From Eubacteriales bacterium (GTDB lineage: Bacteria; Bacillota; Clostridia; Saccharofermentanales; DTU023), in contig JAUNLW010000006.1 in the NCBI GenBank assembly GCA_030532065.1, positions 670 through 64,669 of the forward strand: a DNA stretch of 64,000 nucleotides, written 5' to 3'. Each line of letters opens with the position of its first letter. Within the stretch, counting starts at the first letter, position 1. Under the pieces are notes generated by a model, which saw nothing but the letters and a program-made list of their open reading frames with translations, was not told the origin of the DNA and made no database searches. Position numbers and translations under genes: made by a program. Positions 10,068-18,136 of this stretch are shown here, piece after piece.

Positions 10068-11488
10068 CTACTAGCAAGACCGGTAGAGGCAGAAAAGAAA
10101 AAATATCAGTAAACCGGAGGCCAAAACCTCTAGTCACTTGGATTTTGCTTTTACTGTGCCTGGTTTTACCTCTTACTGCTTCAGCCTGCACCAATAAAAT
10201 GTTGGGTATGGACCAGGAACGCGCAGGTGAACTTCCCCAGGAAACTACCTTAAAAATCAAAGTGCCTTTTAGTGTTGATGCCCAGGGAAAACACAGTAGC
10301 TCTTCTTTAGTTCAAGCCCTGGCTTTTGCTCTCAACGGGGAATATCCACTGGAAGATATTTACGAGAGCCTGGGCCAGGAAGTGCTGCAGGATCTTACTT
10401 TAGACGAGTTCCGCCTTTTTATTGATTGCCTGAGCCCGAGCAAGGATAAGCGTATTTCTGACTTCACTCAACTAAGTGGCGAAGAGAGCTTAAACTATCT
10501 CTATGCTGTACTGCGGCTCAAAGGCCGTCTGGCCGATAGAGCCATCAACTCTGTCTTTTATCGTTTGGATTTTCAATCCGAAGGCGGCCCGCTAACTAAT
10601 GAAGACAATTCATTCCTGGTGGCTGTGCAGGTCAACGGCAATGGTGAAGCTTATTTAGATGCCGAATGGATCCGGGAGATCAATAAACTTTACACTTATT
10701 GCCTATTCTATTTTGACTCTATAGAAAATGCCGCACTGAGCCAGGGAGATTATGGACCTCTGGCCTATATTATCGAACAAGGACCTGCTCCTCTGATCTC
10801 CGCTAAAGAGGCCTGGCCGGAAGTTGCCAGAAAGCGCGCGGAGGCTACTGCCAACTACTACCAGGAAAGAGTGATCACTAATCCTACCTCCAGCCGCAGC
10901 GTTTTAGTCCTACCGGGCTACGCGGTATTCGCGCAGGAATACCGTTACCAAGGCAGATTGAGCGGTATCCGCGAGATAATTTTCCAGGAGAGTGACGGCA
11001 CATACAGTGTCAGCGAAAATATTCCTCAAAGCTTCGACACAGAACAAAGCCAGCTCCTTATCTATAATGAGCCGCTCTTTAGCTCGCTGGGGGCGAGAGC
11101 CGCTATCTATGAGTCTACAGATATCCATCCTCTGGCAGGTCCGTTATTAAGTCAGGAAAAACTAGAGGACTACAAGGGTGACAGCGGCAGTGGAGATTAC
11201 TATCTGCTCCATTATTACGGTTTAGACCTGGTGATCAAGGGTATTGCCGATGCCACATCTGGTTTCTGGCAAGGCAGCCTGCAAGAAGTACGACTAAGTT
11301 CCAGCATTTACAGCCTTGGCCCAAGCCTCTCTGTAAGGATGCCGGAGCCGAATTTCTATGACTATTTACCCTTCTACGCGGAACAGCAACGCCAGATAAG
11401 TATGACTAATCTCTTTGAGCAAGCGGAGCTGAGTTACGAAGCCAACGACGGGAGAATCAGCCAACTGATAATTAAAAAGCTGGGTTAA
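10064..11488 (+). CDS. Hypothetical lipoprotein
   Basis: Basic N-terminus, hydrophobic stretch, LTASAC lipobox-like motif; ATGA overlap with sigH. Confidence 0.6.
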   Translation: MTTSKTGRGRKEKISVNRRPKPLVTWILLLLCLVLPLTASACTNKMLGMDQERAGELPQETTLKIKVPFSVDAQGKHSSSSLVQALAFALNGEYPLEDIYESLGQEVLQDLTLDEFRLFIDCLSPSKDKRISDFTQLSGEESLNYLYAVLRLKGRLADRAINSVFYRLDFQSEGGPLTNEDNSFLVAVQVNGNGEAYLDAEWIREINKLYTYCLFYFDSIENAALSQGDYGPLAYIIEQGPAPLISAKEAWPEVARKRAEATANYYQERVITNPTSSRSVLVLPGYAVFAQEYRYQGRLSGIREIIFQESDGTYSVSENIPQSFDTEQSQLLIYNEPLFSSLGARAAIYESTDIHPLAGPLLSQEKLEDYKGDSGSGDYYLLHYYGLDLVIKGIADATSGFWQGSLQEVRLSSSIYSLGPSLSVRMPEPNFYDYLPFYAEQQRQISMTNLFEQAELSYEANDGRISQLIIKKLG

Positions 11489-12092
11489 AGGGGTAACCTG
11501 CCTTGTCTAAGGCCCGCATTACTTTACTGAGCGGTAAACCCATAACGGTAAAAAAGTCGCCCTGGATACCTTTTATTAAAGCGGCTGCTTCGTCTTGGAT
11601 GCCGTAGGCACCGGCCTTATCCATAGCTTGCCCACTCTCTACGTAGCGGCTGATAGCCTCTTTTTGAAAATCATCTAAAGGATAAAATTCTACTTCTGCC
11701 ATATCGTGGAAGATCAGACCTTGCTCAGAAGCGGGACCCAGCAAAGCTACGCCAGTGTATACGCGATGTTTGTGGCCGCTTAAGCTTTCCAGCATGGCGT
11801 AGGCTTCTGCCTTCTCCTGCGGCTTGCCTAATACTTGCAGACCTTCACCTCGGCCATTTACTACTACCGTATCCGCGCCTAATACCAGAGCTTTGGGGTA
11901 TTGTTTGGCTATGGCTCCAGCCTTAGCCTTTGCCAAACTCTTCACCAGAAGAGCTGGGTCTTTGCTGCCGGAGGCTTCCCAGTCGCGGGTGATGTGGTGC
12001 TCATCAACTTGAGCAGCTTGTACCTTAAAATCTATATGGCATAAGCGCAAAATTTCCTGTCTGCGTGGTGAACTACTTGCGAGAATCAGCAT
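11472..12092 (-). CDS. maf: Maf/YhdE nucleoside triphosphate pyrophosphatase
   Basis: LILASSSPRR, GADTVV, DKAGAYGIQ, VMGLP. Confidence 0.93.
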   Translation of the reverse strand: MLILASSSPRRQEILRLCHIDFKVQAAQVDEHHITRDWEASGSKDPALLVKSLAKAKAGAIAKQYPKALVLGADTVVVNGRGEGLQVLGKPQEKAEAYAMLESLSGHKHRVYTGVALLGPASEQGLIFHDMAEVEFYPLDDFQKEAISRYVESGQAMDKAGAYGIQDEAAALIKGIQGDFFTVMGLPLSKVMRALDKAGYPFNPAF

Positions 12093-12409
12093 CTTGGTTA
12101 CGATCCTTTCATGGGCCAAAAACGAGTTTTACCTTATAAACCATTTTACTTGTCTACAGGGGTGAACTTAATCCCGCAGCTTTTACTACTGGGCCTCTAG
12201 ACTTGGGCGTAGTCTGACATGCTTCTTTAGTCAATTTGATCCTCCTTCTCCTTGATCCTGGTACGGTAAAAGTGACCCGCCAAAAAACCAATGATAGAAA
12301 ATGCTTGCCAGCAAGTCAATTAATGATGGGGCTGGGCTAGCGTAACGATTTTGCTGGATGAAGAGAAAAAAAAGTCTCCTAAGAAAGTGCTATCTAGTAA
12401 AAAATGTGC

Positions 12410-12438
12410 TTGACTTTGATGGGGCTTGGTGTTATTCT
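12410..12438 (+). promoter_or_regulatory. SigA promoter of tRNA-Arg
   Basis: TTGACT-17 bp-TATTCT. Confidence 0.75.
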
Positions 12439-12461
12439 CTAAGACGCTGCAAACAGCAGAT

Positions 12462-12538
12462 GGGCCCGTGGCTCAATTGGATAGAGCAACTGACTACGGA
12501 TCAGTGGATTGTGGATTCGAATTCTGCCGGGCCCGCCA
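12462..12538 (+). tRNA. tRNA-Arg(ACG)
   Basis: GGGCCCG/CGGGCCC acceptor stem, ACTGA-CTACGGA-TCAGT anticodon arm, TTCGAAT T-loop, encoded CCA. Confidence 0.95.
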
Positions 12539-12546
12539 TTTTGAAA

Positions 12547-12577
12547 CCCCTGAAACAACAGTGTTTCGGGGGCTTTT
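12547..12577 (+). terminator. Intrinsic terminator after tRNA-Arg
   Basis: CCCCTGAAAC...GTTTCGGGGG followed by CTTTT. Confidence 0.7.
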
Positions 12578-12589
12578 CATTTCTTAACG

Positions 12590-12831
12590 TTTTCTTTAAC
12601 GTAACCGCGGTGTCCTCGTGTCCCATAATCTCCATAAGAGCTTTTTCCGGCATCCCTGCTTCTGCCATGCGAGTTGCAAAGGTATGGCGAAAAACGTATA
12701 GCCAGAAGTGTAGAGGTGGCTTGATTACAGCTGCCTTTTTTGCCAGGAGTTTATCTTTTTAGGCTCTCCGGCTACAACTACAGAGTAGGTATAGCGTCCG
12801 TCTTTAAATTTATGGACTTTATTTTAGGCAT
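12590..12831 (-). pseudogene. Tyrosine integrase pseudogene (N- and C-terminal scraps joined by deletion)
   Basis: ATG at 12831; shifted frame KFKDGRYTYSV (arm-binding-like); then YVFRHTFATRMAEAGMPEKALMEIMGHEDTAVT (box II) without the downstream catalytic Tyr. Confidence 0.85.
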
Positions 12832-12900
12832 ATTATTCTCCTTTACTACCGGAGGCTATGCTAGAATGCAAGTAAGCAAAAGCCTCTATTTTTTTGTCTT

Positions 12901-12946
12901 TTAGCCGTTCTTCGAACTCGCTAAAGTAGCAGGGCGGCTAATTTTT
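12901..12946. terminator. Hairpin between HEPN-like gene and integrase
   Basis: TTAGCCGTTC...GGGCGGCTAA flanked by T runs. Confidence 0.6.
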
Positions 12947-12970
12947 ATGGTTTATTTTTCTAGACGTTTT

Positions 12971-12979
12971 TGCTATAAT
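12971..12979 (+). promoter_or_regulatory. Extended -10 promoter for candidate ncRNA
   Basis: TGcTATAAT about 8 nt upstream of the RNA closing stem; weak -35 (TTTATT). Confidence 0.7.
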
Positions 12980-12986
12980 CCAAATC

Positions 12987-13078
12987 AGAAAGATAACTCG
13001 TGAAGGATAAGCTCTGGGTTCCCGAACGGGAGTAGGTGGAAACGCCAAGAATTCCTATGACCCTGGGGTTATCTTTTC
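12987..13078 (+). ncRNA. Candidate structured ncRNA convergent with and overlapping the 3' end of the DUF3644 gene
   Basis: Closing stem 12989-12999/13066-13076; AGGA/TCCT inner stem; hairpins TTCCC-GAAC-GGGAG and GGTG-GAAA-CGCC; possible GGGT/ACCC pseudoknot; G-U pairs and GNRA loop favour + strand. Confidence 0.65.
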
Positions 13079-14059
13079 TTTATGAATCTTCTCTATTACG
13101 TTAGGCTCTTCTTCTACTTTTTTCACTACAAATTCCACGACTTGAGGCGTGTAACGATACATACCCACAAATTTGACATAAGTGCAGTACCTTTCATCTG
13201 TTTTGAGCGCAAAGAAATCTAGCATGAGATTGAGTGTATAGCTATTAAAGCCAGTTTTCCCTTTAGAACTTACATAGTTGAATTTGATGTTTTTTGCGAT
13301 TAGATTCTTATTAACAGCGTCTATAACATTTTTAAAGGAAAGAGTGTATTTGTCCTCTGCCTTCTGGATAATCTTGATTTCTTTTGCCTTCTCAGAAGCA
13401 TCTTTGGAGAATGTATAACTAAAGTCAGCTTCTGCTCGGTCTTTTGTTTTATAGAAAATGTGCTTAATAGGGATTGAAAAAGCTTGGGATGGATTATCTT
13501 TTGTTAGAAGTTCGACTTCAGCCTTACTATCGATTAACCTCTGAGCCATGCTATCAGTATACTTGCCTCGAATTTCTTCAGGGTTGAGAAGGTCTATACT
13601 CGTAGTTATAGTAAGAAAATTTTGGGCAACGTAACTTGTAATATCAACGCCGTGAAAACGCTTAATTTGTTCGCAGAAATTTAAAGTGCAAGCTTGGAAA
13701 AGCGGAGCATAAATACTTTCATAATCGTCAGTGATAAAATGAGTGTTGATATTTCGGAATTCTATAATCTGCTCCAAATTTATTCGCAAGGGCTGCCTAA
13801 TGTCTGTGTAAATCCTGGCTATTGTTTCCTTTAGTGATATTGTTCTAGTCAAATCATTCTCATAATAAATAGATTGTTCGCCATCTCTTTTGATAAGATG
13901 TGCCTTAAGCATGAGTTCCCAGGCATTACAGATAAAAAAGCTGAACCCTTCTGTACGATAGCGGATGGTTGGCTTATTGTATATTTCTAAACCCATAATG
14001 AAAGCCTCAATACTTTTGCTCACAAGATTATTGGCTAGAGCCGTTTTACTACTTTCCAT
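13055..14059 (-). CDS. DUF3644-type protein, predicted HEPN ribonuclease (Abi/defence-like)
   Basis: N-terminus KSIEAFIMGLEIYNKPTIRYRTEGFSFFICNAWELMLKA typical of DUF3644; E-x-R-N-I-N-T-H (R-x4-H) at about 13739-13756. Confidence 0.8.
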   Translation of the reverse strand: MESSKTALANNLVSKSIEAFIMGLEIYNKPTIRYRTEGFSFFICNAWELMLKAHLIKRDGEQSIYYENDLTRTISLKETIARIYTDIRQPLRINLEQIIEFRNINTHFITDDYESIYAPLFQACTLNFCEQIKRFHGVDITSYVAQNFLTITTSIDLLNPEEIRGKYTDSMAQRLIDSKAEVELLTKDNPSQAFSIPIKHIFYKTKDRAEADFSYTFSKDASEKAKEIKIIQKAEDKYTLSFKNVIDAVNKNLIAKNIKFNYVSSKGKTGFNSYTLNLMLDFFALKTDERYCTYVKFVGMYRYTPQVVEFVVKKVEEEPNVIEKIHKEKITPGS

Positions 14060-14084
14060 GCGACATCTCTCTTTCTCCTCTGTA

Positions 14085-14723
14085 TTATTTGTTTTTCTCT
14101 CCCTTATCCTTGTAATAGTGCGTATGCGCTACTACCTTGCCTAGAACCTTTATTTGACTATTGTCTGCATCATTAAAAATTAGTGGTGCGTAGACTGGAT
14201 TTTCTGCGCTCAGGCTGATGTAATTATCATACTTATAGACTCGCTTAACAGCGGCTTCCTCTCCATTTATTAGTACAACCGCTAGTTCACCATTATCGAC
14301 ATCAGATTGTCTCCTGACGAACACCAGGTCTTTATCTTTTATACCAGCTCCGGTCATGCTGTCACCTACAGCTCGGAGCGCGAAGTCTGCGTCTATATCC
14401 GCATCTACTAAATCCAGGTAATCCTCTTCAGAGTAGACGGGATCGCCACAGTGCACATTGCCTAGGACGGGGATTTTGTGCTTGGTGACAGGTAGGAGGC
14501 CGTAACGCGCATAGTCTGTACGTTCGTCAGTAAGCCCCAACAAATAATCTATGGTTACCCCATAAATAGAAGCAGCTTTAATTAAAAAGTCATGCCCAGG
14601 CTCTCTTTCTTCTTTTTCATATCCCATATAGGTAGAGTAGACAGTATCTAGCTGTCTGGCAGCTTCAGCACCACTCCAATTATGTTCTCGTCTAAGAAAC
14701 TGCAAATTGGAACCTAAACTCAT
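14085..14723 (-). CDS. Phage CI/LexA-like repressor (XRE HTH + S24 peptidase)
   Basis: N-terminal HTH, VHCG cleavage-site-like motif, GDSM Ser and VKR Lys catalytic motifs; GGAGGTGA RBS. Confidence 0.92.
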   Translation of the reverse strand: MSLGSNLQFLRREHNWSGAEAARQLDTVYSTYMGYEKEEREPGHDFLIKAASIYGVTIDYLLGLTDERTDYARYGLLPVTKHKIPVLGNVHCGDPVYSEEDYLDLVDADIDADFALRAVGDSMTGAGIKDKDLVFVRRQSDVDNGELAVVLINGEEAAVKRVYKYDNYISLSAENPVYAPLIFNDADNSQIKVLGKVVAHTHYYKDKGEKNK

Positions 14724-14750
14724 TTAATCACCTCCTCGCTTTTCCTATTA

Positions 14751-14840
14751 AAATTATTCTATTTGAGAAGCTGTGTAAAGAGAATTACGCAAAATGAGAA
14801 AAATGTTTGGAGAATAGGTTTGTTGATTACGCAAATAGAT
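14751..14840 (-). promoter_or_regulatory. Repressor promoter and candidate operators
   Basis: Minus strand TTTACA-17 bp-TAATTT (14779-14751); related boxes TTCTATTTGAGAA, TTACGCAAAATGAGAA, TTACGCAAATAGAT. Confidence 0.55.
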
Positions 14841-15001
14841 CAAATAAACGAATCAATCAAAAGATATTAGGCCAGACACCGCTATTAACGTGTTCAAGAG
14901 CTTGGGACTATAGGAGGATATGGATGCTAAAGGTCAATGAATTTGAACACGGGACTGATAACCCCGCTACTAAGATCGGCAGGACTGTGATTGCCTAATG
15001 A

Positions 15002-15895
15002 CCTGGCCTTAGCACTTGGTATGGGCACTACGGAAGTAGAAGATATCATCGGGAGGCATCTAACCTACTAAAGGAACTGGTACAGGGTGTTAATTCACCC
15101 ATTTTCCACCCTTTTTGCCGATGCAGTACTACCCCGTACATATCCAGAGAGGAAGTGGAGGAAGGATTCAGAGAGCTGGAAGGCGAAGCCGGACTTGAAG
15201 CAAATACTGTATCGCCGGTGAAAAAGCTACGATCAAAGAAAGCAGTAAACGAATTCTTAAAACAAGAGTTAGGTTTTGCTACGGTAGATTCCAAAGAGTT
15301 AAGCCTTGATGTGCTAAAAGAAGTAGCTGAAACGATAAGCGATTTCTATTCAGAGTACCCACAACTAAAAGGCTTCGTGAAGCAATTTGGTGCTAAGAAG
15401 AATCTTAATTCCGTAGCTGAAGCCGGGCTGGAGTGGACGCCAGGTAAAGGAAGCAAAACGTCGGTAACTTTAAATGCAGATGACATGGCTAACTCAGCAG
15501 CAATTAAAGAAATGATTGAGTTCAATGTTAGCCAAGGATTTTGGAGCCCTAAGGCTGGGACTCGTGATATAATTAATCATGAGTTGACACACCTTTTAGA
15601 ATATCAACAGGCCTTTAAACGAGCAGAAGTGGATCCATTTAGTGTTAATGCAAACGATGTTTTTGCACAACGCGATGCAATCACTTCAATCCAAAATGGT
15701 GTTTTTTCTCTGGACGTAACAAAAACTGCTTTTGAAAATATCGGCTTACCGTATCAGTTAGACACAATCAGAAAAGAGGTAGGTGATTATGCCGCAGTAT
15801 CATCAAGAGAGCTATTGGCAGAAGCTGTCGGGTGTTCTGACAGAAATAGAATCATGATTGAGATTGTTAAAGTCATGAAGGAGAAATTGCAGTGA
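15002..15895 (+). pseudogene. 5'-truncated MuF/SPP1-gp7 minor head protein with C-terminal HExxH metallopeptidase-like extension
   Basis: Frame upstream of the 15155 ORF reads GVNSPIFHPFCRCSTTPY (15107-15124); HELTH and ELLAEA motifs downstream; no proper start. Confidence 0.75.
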
Positions 15896-16068
15896 TAAGT
15901 TTACCGAGAGAACTGAAAGATATGATTGAGTTCGAACAAGAAACCCCGTACCTTAAGGAAGGGGCGAGTCAAGAGCAACAAAAAGTATTCGATGCTTTTT
16001 TAGCTCGACTTCGTAATTCAACGGAGATCACAGAAAATGAAACTTCAGTAGTAATAACCAACCACTAA
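15892..16068 (+). CDS. 58-aa phage protein, immunity-like (absent from ORF track)
   Basis: AAGGAG RBS, GTGA overlap with upstream stop; MISLPRELKDMIEFEQETPYLKEGASQEQQKVFDAFL... Confidence 0.65.
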   Translation: MISLPRELKDMIEFEQETPYLKEGASQEQQKVFDAFLARLRNSTEITENETSVVITNH

Positions 16069-16225
16069 ATTAACTAGCCTTTCAGAAAAGTTTCAAACTG
16101 CGCGGGGGAGACCTCGCTTTTTATTACCAAAAAGCTGCGGTAACGGCTTTTGGAATACAAGGAAAGGAGGGAGAACCTAATGGCCTTAACATAAAAGGTA
16201 AGGTAGGTGATCCAGCCAATCTTGA

Positions 16226-16771
16226 CAGCTCGTAACAGACGAGCGTGGCATAGAGTGGGATGGCCTAACTTCGAAATGGACTGTTAAAGAGGCTTGGAGG
16301 AGTCTTGAAGAAACTTTTACCGAGACATCTGCGCACTATTTGCTTTATCGGTATGGTATAACGAAAAAATTGGCCCCGTCTTACGCAAAAGAATTAGTGA
16401 CTAACCTCCCGAGGTTAAAGAGACTTAGTAAATATTCCGAGTGTAACACTATGCAAGACTTCGGAGAATTGGCTTTTGCTGAAAGGAAAAATGGATCTGG
16501 CGCAAATTGGATGCAGCTGTCGAGACAAATGAAAAAGATAGACTTGCCAGACGGGTATTATGAGCAATATCACCCATACATCAAAAGTCATGAATCTGAG
16601 TTATTGGATATGTTTTTAGAAAATATGCCGGGCTTTGAAAACTATAAGACTAGTATGGAATCTGATGTGAAAAATGCCATGAATAAGAATAGACTATTAC
16701 TAAGCGAGAATGAGCAAACAGTTTACTACGGTGTGATGGCTTGTGCGATGCAGAGGGAGGGGATCAGGTGA
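16226..16771 (+). pseudogene. 5'-truncated phage protein fragment (possible second toxin C-terminus)
   Basis: Frame open from 16226 (…WRSLEETFTETSAHYLLYRYG…) with no convincing start or RBS. Confidence 0.5.
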
Positions 16772-16965
16772 TTTATATCCCTAGGGACTGGCTTAATAAT
16801 AAAGAAAATGAACCAGAAGTTAGAGAGTTAATTTCTACTGTTTTAGGTTGTTTCAACTTTTCTGCATCTAAGAATGATAATGAGGCTTTTGTAAAGGCGC
16901 GTTTGAAAGAACTAGGTGAAGAAAAGATTTTACAGGAACTTAGCAACGGTTCTTTCGCTTCATAG
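16768..16965 (+). CDS. 65-aa phage protein, immunity-like
   Basis: GGAGG RBS, GTGA overlap with upstream stop; MIYIPRDWLNNKENEPEVREL... Confidence 0.6.
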   Translation: MIYIPRDWLNNKENEPEVRELISTVLGCFNFSASKNDNEAFVKARLKELGEEKILQELSNGSFAS

Positions 16966-16996
16966 AAAGTTGTACTGTTTAACTACGGAGAAGACA

Positions 16997-17173
16997 ATGC
17001 TGGAACCTAAATTTGTGCCATTTATAACTGATAAAACGGCGAAAACGCCACACGGCGTAGAATATTCTGTTTTGCTTGAAACCGCACCAGAAGAACTCAA
17101 GGAAGAGTATCACAAACTGATAAAAAGCCAAGATGAGGAGGCTGCTAAAGGCAAACCTATTAGCATGTTTTAG
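16997..17173 (+). CDS. 58-aa phage protein, orphan immunity-like
   Basis: GGAG RBS, MLEPKFVPF...LLETAPEELKEEYHKL; followed by GCAGCC/GGCTGC + T-run terminator. Confidence 0.6.
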   Translation: MLEPKFVPFITDKTAKTPHGVEYSVLLETAPEELKEEYHKLIKSQDEEAAKGKPISMF

Positions 17174-17317
17174 CCTACCAATTTTTATAATCTGTAAATT
17201 AACTAGCAGCCAACCGGCTGCTTTTTCTTTTTGATGTTTGATCAAGTCCCTATAAATTCTGTGGCTGCGGTCAGGATAAAACTCCGTGTTAAAATAGAAC
17301 AAAAAAGGGAGGTTAAT

Positions 17318-17839
17318 ATGGATATTTTTGAAGTGATGGCTAATAGACGTTCTTGCCGTAAGTTTAGTGAGGAAAAAGTAGCGAGGGCAGAGCTGGAAAA
17401 GATTGTTTTGGCTGGTCAAGAAGCGCCGACTGCCATGAACAAACAGAATTTACGCTTTACCGTATTGAGGAAGCAGGAAGATATAGCCAAGTTACAAACT
17501 GCTCTGGCTAAGGCTCTGGACCGCCCAGATTACCTCGGTTTCTACAATGCCCCCAATATGATCTTGGTTTCCGGGCCGAAGGATTCTATAAATATATTTG
17601 CTGATACAGGCTGTGCCATGCAAAATATGATGCTGGCTGCAAGTGCCTTGGGATTGGGTTCCTGCTGGATCAACCAGTTCCGTGAGCATTGTGAGCATGA
17701 AGCTGTGCGTGACTTGCTCAAAGCATTTAAGATACCAGAAGACCACTTCGTTGCCGCAGGCTTAGTGGTTGGTAAACCTCAGAACGGTCAGGGTTGGGGT
17801 GAGCGTGCCAACTCATCTGAGGTCCAGTGGATCGAGTAA
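17318..17839 (+). CDS. Nitroreductase family protein
   Basis: RRSCRKF, APTAMNKQ, QNMMLAASALGLGSCWI; GGAGG RBS before ATG 17318. Confidence 0.9.
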   Translation: MDIFEVMANRRSCRKFSEEKVARAELEKIVLAGQEAPTAMNKQNLRFTVLRKQEDIAKLQTALAKALDRPDYLGFYNAPNMILVSGPKDSINIFADTGCAMQNMMLAASALGLGSCWINQFREHCEHEAVRDLLKAFKIPEDHFVAAGLVVGKPQNGQGWGERANSSEVQWIE

Positions 17840-17997
17840 ATAATTTTAGTCCGAATCGGTAAACTCTGGCTCGCAGGCTTAGTCTAATCACGGGTAAGTA
17901 TTTTCATAGCCAGGATTTTATCCCGGCCAGACGGCAGGGAAGCCGGTCCTGGAATTTATCGGGCTGCGGAAACTCGTAAGCTGCATTTGCAAAAAAA

Positions 17998-18024
17998 CAC
18001 CTGGCCTTCTCAGAAAGCCAGGTG
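17998..18024. terminator. Hairpin between convergent genes
   Basis: CACCTGGC...GCCAGGTG preceded by A run. Confidence 0.6.
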
Positions 18025-18136
18025 AATATTCTCGATTGGGAGATTTTTTCTGAAGAGTTTAAGCTGAAGACTTAAGAGTCTTACAGTGCATAAATTAATA
18101 CTTCTCTACGCAGAGAGATTGCGATAGGCGACAAAC

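Larger units (their letters stand above)
12539..17230. mobile_element. Cryptic, multiply deleted prophage remnant at tRNA-Arg
   Basis: Integrase fragments next to the tRNA 3' end, cI-like repressor, MuF/gp7 HPFCRC fragment, AT-richer composition; right end approximate, no attR seen. Confidence 0.85.

Noticed and set aside
12358-12762. 134-aa ORF on + strand
   Set aside because: Runs through tRNA-Arg and is antisense to the integrase remnant; spurious
12987-13078. Self-cleaving ribozyme or plain terminator explanation for the structured RNA
   Set aside because: No hammerhead or pistol core recognised; multi-stem fold with its own promoter is more than a terminator, though only a covariance search can exclude known families
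14848-14912. Fragment SKDIRPDTAINVFKSLGL* resembling a HicA or HTH C-terminus
   Set aside because: Too short to assign, and the following RBS-led ORF does not resemble HicB
17174-17317. attR copy of the tRNA-Arg 3' end
   Set aside because: No repeat of the tRNA 3' sequence found by eye; right boundary remains approximate
17840-17990. GC-rich intergenic stretch with CCAGGA/TCCTGG pairing
   Set aside because: No promoter or coherent fold that I can support
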